Shown piece by piece: positions 43,536 to 53,638 of a stretch of 64,000 nucleotides of DNA. The DNA lies in assembly GCA_905181735.1 (NCBI GenBank), contig CAJIYR010000004.1, positions 1,225 through 65,224 of the forward strand, given 5' to 3'. How positions within the stretch are numbered: position 1 is the first letter of the stretch; the number at the start of each line of letters is the position of its first letter. This DNA is from an uncultured Hyphomicrobiales bacterium (GTDB lineage: Bacteria > Pseudomonadota > Alphaproteobacteria > Rhizobiales > TMED25). Both the position numbers and the translations under genes were made by a program. The notes beneath the pieces were generated by a model. That model was not told the DNA's origin. It ran no database searches and saw nothing but the letters and a program-made list of their open reading frames with translations.

Positions 43536-44738
43536 ATGAGTGAATTAAAAAATAAAAACGTGCTTTTAATAATTGGTGGAGGAATTGCTGCATTTAAGGC
43601 GATAGATATTGTACGTTTATTGAAAGAAGAAAGAGCTAATGTAAATGTTATATTAACACACGCTGGTGAGAATTTTGTAACAAGCATATCGTTATCACAA
43701 TTATCTGGAAACAGAGTAAGGACAGATTTATTTGATATGACTGGTGAATTGGAGATGAGCCACATAGAATTATCACGTAAATCTGATATTATTATTGTTG
43801 CACCAGCAACGGCAGATTTAATTGCAAAAATGGCAAATGGTCAAGCAAATGATTTGGCATCAACGACATTATTAGCAGCCAATAAACCAATTATAATTTT
43901 ACCATCAATGAATGTTAAGATGTGGGAACATCCTGCAACAAAGATAAATATCAATAAATTAAGAGATTATGAAGTTGAAGTACTTGGTCCAGATGAGGGT
44001 GAAATGGCATGTGGAGAGTATGGTTTTGGTAGAATGTTAGAACCAATAGATTTATTAAATTATTTGAAAGTTTTTTATTCTTCAGAAAAAGCGTTATCTA
44101 AATTTAGTGCAATTGTGACAGCTGGACCAACGCACGAGCCCATAGATCCAGTTAGATATATTGCAAACAGGTCTTCAGGGAAACAAGGTTATGCAATTGC
44201 TGAGGCTTTAGCAAAAGCTGGTGTTAAGACTACATTGATATCAGGCCCAACCATATTAAAGAAACCAAAAGATGTTAACGTATTATACGTTGAAACGGCT
44301 CATGAAATGCTTAATATGGTAAAAAAATATATGCCAACAGATATAGCAATTTTTGCTGCTGCTGTTGCAGACTGGAAGGTTACTAATTATTCTCCAGATA
44401 AAATGAAGAAGAATGGTACTGGAAAAAATTTGTTGGAATTAGAGGAAAATCCAAATATTTTAGAGACTATCACTAAAAATATAGAGCAAAGACCAAAAAT
44501 TGTTATTGGTTTTGCTGCAGAGACTAAAGATCTTATAAAAGAAGCAAAAATTAAGTTTAACTCAAAAGGAGCAGATTGGATTTTAGCAAATGATGTTTCT
44601 GCAAAAAATAATGTATTTGGCAGTGATAGAAATAGCATATGCTTTATTTCCAAAGATGATCTAGAGGAATGGAATGAAATGTCTAAGGTGGAAGTAGCAC
44701 AAAAATTAGTTAAAAGAATTATAAAAGAAATTTCATAA
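43536..44738 (+). CDS. coaBC: bifunctional phosphopantothenoylcysteine decarboxylase/ligase
   Basis: GGIAAFK, APATA, PSMN..MW, TAGPT.E.IDPVRYI.NRSSGKQG, GFAAET. Confidence 0.97.
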   Translation: MSELKNKNVLLIIGGGIAAFKAIDIVRLLKEERANVNVILTHAGENFVTSISLSQLSGNRVRTDLFDMTGELEMSHIELSRKSDIIIVAPATADLIAKMANGQANDLASTTLLAANKPIIILPSMNVKMWEHPATKININKLRDYEVEVLGPDEGEMACGEYGFGRMLEPIDLLNYLKVFYSSEKALSKFSAIVTAGPTHEPIDPVRYIANRSSGKQGYAIAEALAKAGVKTTLISGPTILKKPKDVNVLYVETAHEMLNMVKKYMPTDIAIFAAAVADWKVTNYSPDKMKKNGTGKNLLELEENPNILETITKNIEQRPKIVIGFAAETKDLIKEAKIKFNSKGADWILANDVSAKNNVFGSDRNSICFISKDDLEEWNEMSKVEVAQKLVKRIIKEIS

Positions 44739-45208
44739 TGGTCTCAAGAGATAATATAGATATTAAAATTAAATTAATAGAGACTGACTCAGATTTTATT
44801 TTACCAGAGTATCAAACAGAAGGAGCTGCTGGCATTGACTTGCGGGCTAATATAAATACAACGATAAATAGTCTGAATATATTGCCAGGAAAATGGGAAA
44901 AAGTAAAAACAGGTATTGCCGTTGCCATACCAAAAGGTTTTGAAGGTCAAATAAGACCAAGGTCTGGTATTGCTTATAAAAATGGGGTCACAGTTTTAAA
45001 TTCTCCGGGCACAATCGATAGTGATTATAGGGGCGAAATAATGGTAATATTAATTAATCATAGTGCAAATAATTATGAATTAAAGCATGGTGAAAGGATT
45101 GCGCAATTAGTGATTTCTCCAGTTATAAGAGCTAGTTTTACTTTGTTAGAATCGTTAGATTCAACTCTAAGGAATGAAAAAGGCTTTGGATCCACTGGCA
45201 ATAAATAA
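44738..45208 (+). CDS. dut: dUTP diphosphatase
   Basis: AAGIDL, PRSG, GTIDSDYRGE, RIAQ, GFGSTG. Confidence 0.97.
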   Translation: MVSRDNIDIKIKLIETDSDFILPEYQTEGAAGIDLRANINTTINSLNILPGKWEKVKTGIAVAIPKGFEGQIRPRSGIAYKNGVTVLNSPGTIDSDYRGEIMVILINHSANNYELKHGERIAQLVISPVIRASFTLLESLDSTLRNEKGFGSTGNK

Positions 45209-45233
45209 CATCAAAATTATATAGGTTATTATT

Positions 45234-45980
45234 ATGATTTTTTCTGCATCAGAATTAGAAAGATACTCTAGGCAGATCTTGATTAATAATATTGGAGGAA
45301 CAGGGCAAAGAAAATTAAAGTTATCAAGGATACTGGTAATAGGAGCGGGCGGCCTTGGGTCTCCTGTTTTGACATATCTTGCATCAGTTGGAATAGGAAC
45401 AATCGGTATAATAGATTACGATAAAGTGGAACTATCGAATTTACAAAGGCAGTTTATTCATAGCGTTAAAACGATTGGTAGTAATAAGGCATTAAGCGCT
45501 AGAAAGTATATTAATTATTTAAATCCAGAGATAAATACAGATATTTATGATTATAAAATTAAACTAGATAATTGTGATAAAATAATTCTTAATTATGACA
45601 TAGTAATAGATGCAAGTGATAATTTTAAAACACGTTTTATAGTTTCTGATTCATGCGACCGTCTTAATAAGCCATATATAATGGGTGCTGTACGTTCATA
45701 TGAAGGGCAAGTAAGTACGTTTACCCCTTATGAAGAAAATGAAGAATCTATTCTAAATCCTAGATTGAGAGATTTATATTCTGAAGAAAATATAAAATCT
45801 GATGAAATTGGATGCAAAGAAGAGGGTGTTTTAGGTGTTACAACTGGACTAATCGGTACGTTAATGGCAACAGAAGCAATTAAATTAATTGTTGGTATAG
45901 GCAACACATTAATCGGAAAATTATTGTTAGTTGATTTACTAAATATGAGATTTGAAGAGATAAGATATAAAAGGAAATAA
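45234..45980 (+). CDS. moeB: MoeB/ThiF family adenylyltransferase
   Basis: RYSRQ, GAGGLG, SNLQRQ, DNFKTR, C.E.GVLG. Confidence 0.85.
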   Translation: MIFSASELERYSRQILINNIGGTGQRKLKLSRILVIGAGGLGSPVLTYLASVGIGTIGIIDYDKVELSNLQRQFIHSVKTIGSNKALSARKYINYLNPEINTDIYDYKIKLDNCDKIILNYDIVIDASDNFKTRFIVSDSCDRLNKPYIMGAVRSYEGQVSTFTPYEENEESILNPRLRDLYSEENIKSDEIGCKEEGVLGVTTGLIGTLMATEAIKLIVGIGNTLIGKLLLVDLLNMRFEEIRYKRK

Positions 45981-45990
45981 AGATTTTATT

Positions 45991-46590
45991 ATGAGAGTAT
46001 TATTACATTACAAAGCATATCTAATTTCATTATTAATTTTTATATTTTTATTATCTGTAGTGGTTATTATTTTTCCAGACGCATTAAAAAAATTAAATGA
46101 AAATAGATCCATACAATCAACTAATGTAAAAATATATTCAGATAATACTGGTATAGTATTTAAGAGTCTTAAAAAAAATAAAGCAAATCTTAGGCAAGGA
46201 CCGTCATTAGACCATCAGATATTATGGACTTATAATAAATATAAATTACCAGTTGAAATTATTGGGCAGACAAAGATTGGTTGGAGTAAGATTAGAGATT
46301 TTACGGGCGAAGAAGGTTGGATATCCAATACACTGTTATCTAATAATCGTACTGCCATGATTGCACCTTGGGATGTTAAAAGCCAACCGCAGGATTATAG
46401 AAATTTATTTAAAGAACCTCTAACTACATCAAAAGTAATTAAATTTTTAGAACCGGGTGTTATAGTTAATATTAGTCAATGTACAGGATCTTGGTGCAAT
46501 ATTTATATAGGTAAAAGTGAAGGTTGGATAAAACAAAACCAGCTATACGGGGTTTATCTTGATGAAGTTATTAATATTGAGCGAGATTAA
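45991..46590 (+). CDS. membrane-anchored tandem bacterial SH3 domain protein
   Basis: N-terminal TM, NLRQGP, LPVEII, IRD..GEEGW, C.GSWC, GWI.Q..L.G. Confidence 0.85.
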   Translation: MRVLLHYKAYLISLLIFIFLLSVVVIIFPDALKKLNENRSIQSTNVKIYSDNTGIVFKSLKKNKANLRQGPSLDHQILWTYNKYKLPVEIIGQTKIGWSKIRDFTGEEGWISNTLLSNNRTAMIAPWDVKSQPQDYRNLFKEPLTTSKVIKFLEPGVIVNISQCTGSWCNIYIGKSEGWIKQNQLYGVYLDEVINIERD

Positions 46591-47021
46591 TTATCATCTA
46601 CAAGATCAATAGTAATATTGATTGATTTGATTTTTTTACCTTCTGGAATTTTAGGAATATTTATTAATTTTAATTCTTTATTATCAATGTCTGAAATAGT
46701 ATCTTTATAAATAAAATGATGATGATCAGTAGTATTGGTATCAAAATATGTTTTTGAATTACTGATACGAACTTCCTTGAGTAGGCCATATTCATTAAAG
46801 TGGTTTATTGTATTATATATCGTTCCTAATGAAATATGAAGATTTGAACTGATAGCTTCTTCATGTATCTTTTCTGCAGTAAAGTGTCTTTTCCCTTTAC
46901 CGAACATTAGACCAGCCAAAGAAACTCTTTGTTTTGTTGGAATTATATCTGCACGACGTAACATTCCCATTATACATATTTTATCAAAATTATAATTTTG
47001 TATTTTCGTATTTTTTTTCAT
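46587..47021 (-). CDS. irr: iron response regulator Irr (Fur family)
   Basis: PTKQR..L..L.F.KG.RHFTAE, SLGTIYNT, YFDTN..DHHHF; divergent from fabA. Confidence 0.85.
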   Translation of the reverse strand: MKKNTKIQNYNFDKICIMGMLRRADIIPTKQRVSLAGLMFGKGKRHFTAEKIHEEAISSNLHISLGTIYNTINHFNEYGLLKEVRISNSKTYFDTNTTDHHHFIYKDTISDIDNKELKLINIPKIPEGKKIKSINITIDLVDDN

Positions 47022-47123
47022 TATCTATTTATTGTATAAAAGTTATAAATAATATATATCCAAACATTATAATTTATATTAGAGTAATATAGATAAAATA
47101 GCTATAAAATGTATGAATAAAAG

Positions 47124-47642
47124 ATGAAAATAAAAAAAACAACATTCGAATATGAAGATTTACTATCTTGTGCTAGGGGTGAATTATTTGGATCCGGTAA
47201 TGCACAGCTACCTATGCCACCTATGTTAATGTTTGATAAGATAACCAATGTTGACGAGATAAAAGGATCATATTCAAAAGGACAGATTGTAGCCGAATTT
47301 ACTATAGATCCAGAGTCTTGGTTTTTTTTATGTCATTTTCAAGGAGATCCTGTTATGCCCGGTTGTTTAGGGTTGGACGCATTGTGGCAATTGGTTGGAT
47401 TTTATCTTGGCTGGATGGGAAGGCCTGGAAAAGGAAGGGCATTAGGTGTTGGTGAAGTAAAATTTACAGGTATGGTATTGCCAACAGTAAAAAAATTAAC
47501 TTATGTCATTAATATAAAAAAAATTATTGCACGTAAACTAACACTTGGAATTGCTGACGGTGAGTTATTTGCTGATGGCGAAAAGATATATACAGCTGAA
47601 AATCTTAAAGTAGGACTATTTGAAGAGAGTAATAATAGTTAA
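47124..47642 (+). CDS. fabA: 3-hydroxydecanoyl-ACP dehydratase/isomerase
   Basis: [33 protein letters not shown]. Confidence 0.97.
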   Translation: MKIKKTTFEYEDLLSCARGELFGSGNAQLPMPPMLMFDKITNVDEIKGSYSKGQIVAEFTIDPESWFFLCHFQGDPVMPGCLGLDALWQLVGFYLGWMGRPGKGRALGVGEVKFTGMVLPTVKKLTYVINIKKIIARKLTLGIADGELFADGEKIYTAENLKVGLFEESNNS

Positions 47643-47674
47643 CAAATAATCTCTAGCAAGATTGGAATTTTTAA

Positions 47675-48889
47675 ATGAGACGTGTAGTTATAACTGGAAT
47701 GGGAATAGTTTCAAGTATTGGAAACAATAAGGAAGAAGTCTTGTCCTCTTTGTATAATTGTAAATCAGGGATTGTTTCAGCCGATGGTTATAAGGAGCTT
47801 GGATTTCGTTCACAAGTACATGGATTGCCGAAATTAAATCCTGCTGATGTTATTGACAGAAGAAAACAAAGATTTTTAGCGGATGGATCGGGGTGGGCTT
47901 ATATAGCAACTGAGCAGGCGATTGCAGATTCTGGTTTGTTGCCTGAAGATATTAGTAATATTAATACTGGTTTAATAGTCGGTACGGGAGGACCTTCCAC
48001 AAGAGCTATAGTACAAGCAGCTGATGCTACAAGAGAAAAAGGGGCAAAGTATGTTGGTCCGTTTGCTGTACCTAAAGCCATGTGTTCAATGGCCTCTGCA
48101 ACTCTATCGACATATTTTGGCATAAAAGGTGTGAATTATTCTATATCTTCTGCTTGCGCTACATCTAATAATTGTATTGGAAATGCTTATGAACTCATTC
48201 AATGGGGGAAGCAGGATGTAATGATAGCAGGTGGTGGAGAGGAGTTAGATTGGAGTTTATCAGTTTTATTTGATGCAATGGGGGCTATGTCATCTAATTA
48301 TAATGATACTCCTGATGTAGCTAGTCGAGCGTATGATGTAAACAGAGATGGTTTTGTAATAGCTGGTGGAGCAGGTATATTAGTATTGGAAGAGTACGAA
48401 CATGCAATGAATAGAGGTGCCAATATATATGCAGAAATTGTAGGATATGGGTCAACATCAGACGGAAATGATATGGTATTGCTATCTGGAGAAGGTGCTC
48501 AAAGAGCAATGAAACAGGCGTTAAATAATGTACATGAGCCCATTGACTATATTAATCCGCACGCAACATCAACTCCACAGGGTGACGTGATAGAAATAGA
48601 AGCAATAAAGCAAGTTTTTAAAGATAAATTACCAATAGTATCAGCAACAAAATCCTTAACAGGGCATTCATTGGGTGCAGCTGGTGCTCAAGAAGCAATT
48701 TATTCATTGCTGATGATGAATAATAATTTTATATGTGAATCAGCTCATATTAGCGAATTAGATCCGGTATTTGACGGTGTCCCCATTGCTCTTAAGAGAC
48801 ATGATGATGTTGATTTAAGGCATGTTATGTCAAATACTTTTGGGTTTGGTGGGACAAATGCTGCCTTAGTATTCAAAAAATTGGATTGA
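47675..48889 (+). CDS. fabB: beta-ketoacyl-ACP synthase I
   Basis: [31 protein letters not shown]. Confidence 0.96.
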   Translation: MRRVVITGMGIVSSIGNNKEEVLSSLYNCKSGIVSADGYKELGFRSQVHGLPKLNPADVIDRRKQRFLADGSGWAYIATEQAIADSGLLPEDISNINTGLIVGTGGPSTRAIVQAADATREKGAKYVGPFAVPKAMCSMASATLSTYFGIKGVNYSISSACATSNNCIGNAYELIQWGKQDVMIAGGGEELDWSLSVLFDAMGAMSSNYNDTPDVASRAYDVNRDGFVIAGGAGILVLEEYEHAMNRGANIYAEIVGYGSTSDGNDMVLLSGEGAQRAMKQALNNVHEPIDYINPHATSTPQGDVIEIEAIKQVFKDKLPIVSATKSLTGHSLGAAGAQEAIYSLLMMNNNFICESAHISELDPVFDGVPIALKRHDDVDLRHVMSNTFGFGGTNAALVFKKLD

Positions 48890-48891
48890 TA

Positions 48892-49746
48892 ATGAATCAA
48901 GAAATAGAAAATACAATCGATTTATCTCTAATGAGAGGTAAAAGAGGATTAATAATGGGTGTAGCAAATGACCATTCCATTGCATGGGGGGTTGCAAGAT
49001 CACTTCATGCGGCAGGTGCAGAGCTGGCCTTTACATATCAGTCAGAAACTTTGAAGAAGAGGATAGAACCTCTTGCAAGCTCTGTTGGCGCTTCTCTTCT
49101 AATACCTTGTGATGTAGAGAATGTTGGCGATGTAGAGAATGTATTTGATATAATTTCTCAAGAGTGGGGTAGTATAGACTTTGTTGTTCATGCTATTGCA
49201 TATTCAGATAAAAGCCAATTAAAAGGATATTATGCAGATACCACTAGAGATAATTTTATTAAAACAATGGTTATTTCATGTTTTTCATTTACGGAAGTCG
49301 CAAAGCAGTCAAAAAGACTAATGGTTGACGGCGGCTCATTGTTAACGCTCACGTTTTCTGGGTCTAATAAAGTTATGCCAAACTATAATGTTATGGGAAT
49401 TTCTAAGGCCGCATTAGAGTCGTCAGTTAGATATCTTGCATCAGATTTTGGGCCATTAAATATTCGTGTGAATGCTATATCTGCTGGTCCTATGAGAACT
49501 TTAGCAGGTGGTGGAATAACAGACGCAAGGGCAATATTTAATTTTCAAAAAAGACATTCGCCATTAAGAAGAACTGTAACGCTTAATGAATTAGGCGGTT
49601 CGTCCATATATTTATTATCAGATCTTTCATCGGGCGTTACCGGTGAAATACATTACGTTGATGCTGGATACAATATTATTGCAACTCCTAAACCAGAAAT
49701 GCTTCAGGACGAATCTATCTTCACTGATACCTCAAAAGAAAAATAA
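48892..49746 (+). CDS. fabI: enoyl-ACP reductase
   Basis: GVANDHSIAWG, PNYNVMG..KAALE, NAISAGP.RTLA. Start ATG 48892 (or TTG 48886). Confidence 0.96.
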   Translation: MNQEIENTIDLSLMRGKRGLIMGVANDHSIAWGVARSLHAAGAELAFTYQSETLKKRIEPLASSVGASLLIPCDVENVGDVENVFDIISQEWGSIDFVVHAIAYSDKSQLKGYYADTTRDNFIKTMVISCFSFTEVAKQSKRLMVDGGSLLTLTFSGSNKVMPNYNVMGISKAALESSVRYLASDFGPLNIRVNAISAGPMRTLAGGGITDARAIFNFQKRHSPLRRTVTLNELGGSSIYLLSDLSSGVTGEIHYVDAGYNIIATPKPEMLQDESIFTDTSKEK

Positions 49747-49770
49747 GAATAAGTTAAATCTATAAGAAAA

Positions 49771-51954
49771 TTATTTATTTCTTTCTCGGGAAGATGGTCG
49801 AGCAGGTCTTTTTCTTTTTGGAGGCTCTTCGTCAGCATTATTATTTGTGCCTTCTACCTGTTTTCCAGTTTCTTGATCAATGTGTTTCATTGTAAGTCTT
49901 ACTTTGCCTCTGTCATCGAAGCCCATAAGTTTTACAAATACTTTATCACCTTCGTTAACCACTTCTGAAACAGTTTCAGGGCGACCATCGTTTAATTGTG
50001 AAATGTGAACTAATCCATCTTTTGGTCCAAAGAAGTTAACAAAAGCACCAAAATCTACTACTTTTACAACATTACCTTCATATATCTCTCCAACTTCTGG
50101 TTCCGCAACAATCATATGTATTTTTTCCAGAGCAAGCTCAATTGATGCTTTGTTCGCTGAAGCTACGGTAACAACTCCGTTATCTTCAACACTAATTTGA
50201 GCACCACTTTCTTCAACCATTTGTTTGATAATTTTTCCACCAGCTCCAATGATATCGCGGATTTTATCTACTGGAATATTTACAGTAACTATTCTTGGTG
50301 CAAATTCCCCTACATCATTTCTAGATTCTGTTATTACTTTAGCCATTTCTCCTAAGATGTGTGTTCTACCTTTTTTTGCTTGAGCTAAGGCTATTTTCAT
50401 AATATCTTCTGTTATTCCAGATATCTTAATATCCATTTGTAGAGTTGTTACGCCTTCAGAAGTACCTGCAACTTTAAAGTCCATATCACCAAGATGATCC
50501 TCGTCTCCAAGAATATCAGATAGAACTGCAAAGTCTTTTCCTTCAAGTATTAAACCCATTGCAATTCCAGCAACTGGACTTTTTATCGGCACACCAGCAT
50601 CCATTAATGCGAGTGATGTTCCACAAACTGTTGCCATTGATGATGAACCGTTTGACTCAGTGATTTCTGAAACAACTCTTATAGTGTATGGAAAATCTTC
50701 TTTGTTAGGTAGCACGGGATGAATTGCTCTCCAGGCTAATTTCCCATGACCAACTTCTCTTCTACTTGTGAATCCTGTTCTTCCAACTTCACCAACAGAA
50801 TATGGAGGGAAATTATAATGTAACATGAAAGATTGTTTGTAAGTTCCATTTAATGAATCAACATATTGTTCATCTTGTCCTGTTCCAAGAGTTGCAACGG
50901 CAATTGCTTGGGTTTCTCCACGTGTAAATAATGCAGAGCCATGAGTTCTAGGAAGAACTGCAATTTCAGATACTATAGGTCTAATATCTTCAAGACCTCT
51001 TCCATCAATTCTTTTTGATGTTTTTAGTATAGATTGTCGTACTATACTTTTTTCTACAGTTTTAAAACAACTTAAAATATCATTCTGATCATAATTAATT
51101 TCTTCATTGGGATTAAGTTCAGCAATTACTTTGTCTTTAATGCCAGATAGGGTTGATTGTCTTTCTTTCTTGTCGGCAATTTTATATGCCTTTGTAACGT
51201 CTGTTTTAATTATTTTTTCTATTTTTGCATCTAATTCTGAGTGATCAGAGATTTCTATTTCTCTCATGTCTTTAGCAGATTTTTGAGCTAGTTTTATTAT
51301 CATGTCAATTACAGGCTGCATATTACTGTGTGCGAACATCACACCACCAAGCATAATATCTTCTGATAATTCTTTTGCTTCTGACTCAATCATGAGTACA
51401 GCATTTTTTGTTCCAGCAACAACTAAGTCGAGAGATGAATCCAAGAGTTCTTCAGTTTTAGGGTTAAGGACGTATTCATTGTTTATATATCCTATTCTTG
51501 CTGCACCAACCGGTCCTTTAAATGGGATTCCAGATATTGTTAAAGCCGCCGAACATGCAATAATAGAAATTATATCAGGATCATTTTCTGTATCATGTGA
51601 CAGTACTGTTGCTATAACTTGTGTTTCATTTTTAAATTCTTTAACAAAAAGAGGTCTGATTGGCCTGTCAATTAATCTTGACACTAACGTTTCTTTTTCC
51701 GTTGGACGACCTTCACGTTTGAAATATCCGCCTGGTATTCTACCTGCAGCGTAAGCTTTTTCTTGATAGTTTACTGTTAAAGGGAAGAAATCTAAGCCAG
51801 GTTTTGGTTTTTGTTCTGCGCAAACAGTTGCCAAAACAGTTGTTTCTCCATAAGTTACGATCACAGACCCATCAGCCTGTCTAGCTACTTTGCCAGTCTC
51901 AATTTTTAAAGTGCGATTTCCCCAAATAATTTCTTCACTATGTGTCTTAAACAT
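49771..51954 (-). CDS. pnp: polyribonucleotide nucleotidyltransferase
   Basis: [40 protein letters not shown] and S1 domains. Confidence 0.98.
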   Translation of the reverse strand: MFKTHSEEIIWGNRTLKIETGKVARQADGSVIVTYGETTVLATVCAEQKPKPGLDFFPLTVNYQEKAYAAGRIPGGYFKREGRPTEKETLVSRLIDRPIRPLFVKEFKNETQVIATVLSHDTENDPDIISIIACSAALTISGIPFKGPVGAARIGYINNEYVLNPKTEELLDSSLDLVVAGTKNAVLMIESEAKELSEDIMLGGVMFAHSNMQPVIDMIIKLAQKSAKDMREIEISDHSELDAKIEKIIKTDVTKAYKIADKKERQSTLSGIKDKVIAELNPNEEINYDQNDILSCFKTVEKSIVRQSILKTSKRIDGRGLEDIRPIVSEIAVLPRTHGSALFTRGETQAIAVATLGTGQDEQYVDSLNGTYKQSFMLHYNFPPYSVGEVGRTGFTSRREVGHGKLAWRAIHPVLPNKEDFPYTIRVVSEITESNGSSSMATVCGTSLALMDAGVPIKSPVAGIAMGLILEGKDFAVLSDILGDEDHLGDMDFKVAGTSEGVTTLQMDIKISGITEDIMKIALAQAKKGRTHILGEMAKVITESRNDVGEFAPRIVTVNIPVDKIRDIIGAGGKIIKQMVEESGAQISVEDNGVVTVASANKASIELALEKIHMIVAEPEVGEIYEGNVVKVVDFGAFVNFFGPKDGLVHISQLNDGRPETVSEVVNEGDKVFVKLMGFDDRGKVRLTMKHIDQETGKQVEGTNNNADEEPPKRKRPARPSSRERNK

Positions 51955-52010
51955 TATATCTCTTTCGTTATGTAAAAACTATATTTCTACATCTATGGTT
52001 TATTTTAATA

Positions 52011-52280
52011 TTAACGGCGTATTCCTAATTCTTTGATTATAGTTTGATAACGTTCTTCATTGTTTAATTTTATATAATCAAGATGTTTTCTTCTTTGGCT
52101 AACCATTTTTAATAACCCTCTCCTAGAATGGTTGTCTTTTTTGTGGGTTTTGAAATGTTCTGTAAGATTTTTTATTCTTTCTGTTAGTACTGCTATCTGT
52201 ACATGGGATGATCCAGTATCATTTGGATTAATAGCATATTCTTTTATTAGTTCTTGTTTTCTTTCACTTGTAATCGACAT
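52011..52280 (-). CDS. rpsO: 30S ribosomal protein S15
   Basis: [21 protein letters not shown]. Confidence 0.98.
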   Translation of the reverse strand: MSITSERKQELIKEYAINPNDTGSSHVQIAVLTERIKNLTEHFKTHKKDNHSRRGLLKMVSQRRKHLDYIKLNNEERYQTIIKELGIRR

Positions 52281-52282
52281 CT

Positions 52283-53212
52283 TTATTCTCCTATTTTTTG
52301 ATCTTCTATATTTAGAACACGAATTGGTCTTAAAACATTTTCATTAATTTTACATAATGCAATTAATTTTTTTTCAAATATTGCATATGCATCCCTATTA
52401 TTTCCTATATATTCAGGGCTAAGAGGGATAGATAATCCTGTCTTAAGTTTATTTGCTTCTTGTTTACTTACGTTAACTGCCAGGATGTCGTCCAGCACAG
52501 TCTCAATAGGTTGTATAAACAAATATAAATTATCTATACCATGGTTTATTTCAATAAGTCTATCAATAGATACAATAATTTTATTAAAAAAAGGACCGTA
52601 AGCAGTTCTTTCAAGTTTAGTTATGTGACCGTATGTCCCTAAACATCTTCCAAAATCACGAGCCAATGACCTTACATATGTACCCTTACCACAGGTAACT
52701 TCAAAAGACATTTCTTTTTCTGATATTTTTTCTAATATTTTTATAGTTTCAATTTTTACCTTATTTTTTGATAACAGAGGAATTTCACCGTCTCTCGAAA
52801 TTTTATAAGCTCTTTTTCCATTAATTTTTTTTGCTGAATAGTTTGGAGGGAGTTGATCAATCTCTCCAATAAATTTAGGTAAAATATTTTTTATATCAAT
52901 GAGATTTGGATAAAGGTTTTTTTTATTTATAATGTTACCCGTTGAATCATCTGTATCAGTTTCTTCTCCCCACTTTACAGTAAAGGTATAGGTTTTTTTT
53001 GAATCCATAAGGTATGAAACAGTTTTTGTTGCTTCGCCAATAGCAATTGGCAAAATACCAGTTGCCATCGGATCCAATGTACCTCCGTGCCCAACTTTTT
53101 TTACATTAAATTTTCTTTTAATAATCCTAACAATGTCAGTAGAGGTTAGGCCAAGAGGCTTGTCCACTACAACCCAGCCGTGTAATTGGTTTTTTTTGTA
53201 TACTTTATCCAT
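52283..53212 (-). CDS. truB: tRNA pseudouridine(55) synthase
   Basis: [34 protein letters not shown]-like tail. Confidence 0.97.
   Translation of the reverse strand: MDKVYKKNQLHGWVVVDKPLGLTSTDIVRIIKRKFNVKKVGHGGTLDPMATGILPIAIGEATKTVSYLMDSKKTYTFTVKWGEETDTDDSTGNIINKKNLYPNLIDIKNILPKFIGEIDQLPPNYSAKKINGKRAYKISRDGEIPLLSKNKVKIETIKILEKISEKEMSFEVTCGKGTYVRSLARDFGRCLGTYGHITKLERTAYGPFFNKIIVSIDRLIEINHGIDNLYLFIQPIETVLDDILAVNVSKQEANKLKTGLSIPLSPEYIGNNRDAYAIFEKKLIALCKINENVLRPIRVLNIEDQKIGE
52476..52501 (-). promoter_or_regulatory. candidate S15 autoregulatory RNA element embedded in truB
   Basis: ACUGUGCUGGA-CGACA-UCCUGGCAGU hairpin; six consecutive GC-ending codons; CGACAUC is complementary to GAUGUCG at the rpsO start. 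Confidence 0.6.
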
Positions 53213-53225
53213 ACTATGGCTGTGC

Positions 53226-53612
53226 TTACAAATCTTTTTGTGATGAAGATTTTAATAAATCATTGATATGGCTGGAGTAGGCAAAAGAAGTATCTTCTTT
53301 AAAATATATGCCAGGTATATGCTTTAAGGATACCATTGTTGCAACACGACCCCTTATAAATTTAACATTCTTGTTTAGTGCAGTTATGGTTTTTTCTATT
53401 TTTAAGCCGCCAAGTGGCATAATGTAAGCAATAGCTTTTTTTAAATCAGGAGTTACTTCAACTTCAGTGATTGTGATTGTTGCATCCATTAAATCCTGAT
53501 CGTATATTTCATTTTTTATCATCATTTCAGATAAAGCGTGTCTAATCAGTTCCCCAACTCTTAATTGGCGTTGTGATGATTTATTTTTAGGTTGTTTTTT
53601 TGAATCTAACAT
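53226..53612 (-). CDS. rbfA: ribosome-binding factor A
   Basis: RQLRVGELIRH, TITEV..TPDL..A, P.I.F..D.S. Confidence 0.96.
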   Translation of the reverse strand: MLDSKKQPKNKSSQRQLRVGELIRHALSEMMIKNEIYDQDLMDATITITEVEVTPDLKKAIAYIMPLGGLKIEKTITALNKNVKFIRGRVATMVSLKHIPGIYFKEDTSFAYSSHINDLLKSSSQKDL

Positions 53613-53638
53613 ATTTTTGCTAAGAGCTAAATTATCAA

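Noticed and set aside
49111-49142. GATGTAGAGAATGT repeated with 18-bp period in fabI (DVENVG-DVENVF)
   Set aside because: The segment length appears to match normal FabI, so there is no insertion; probably chance or local conversion.
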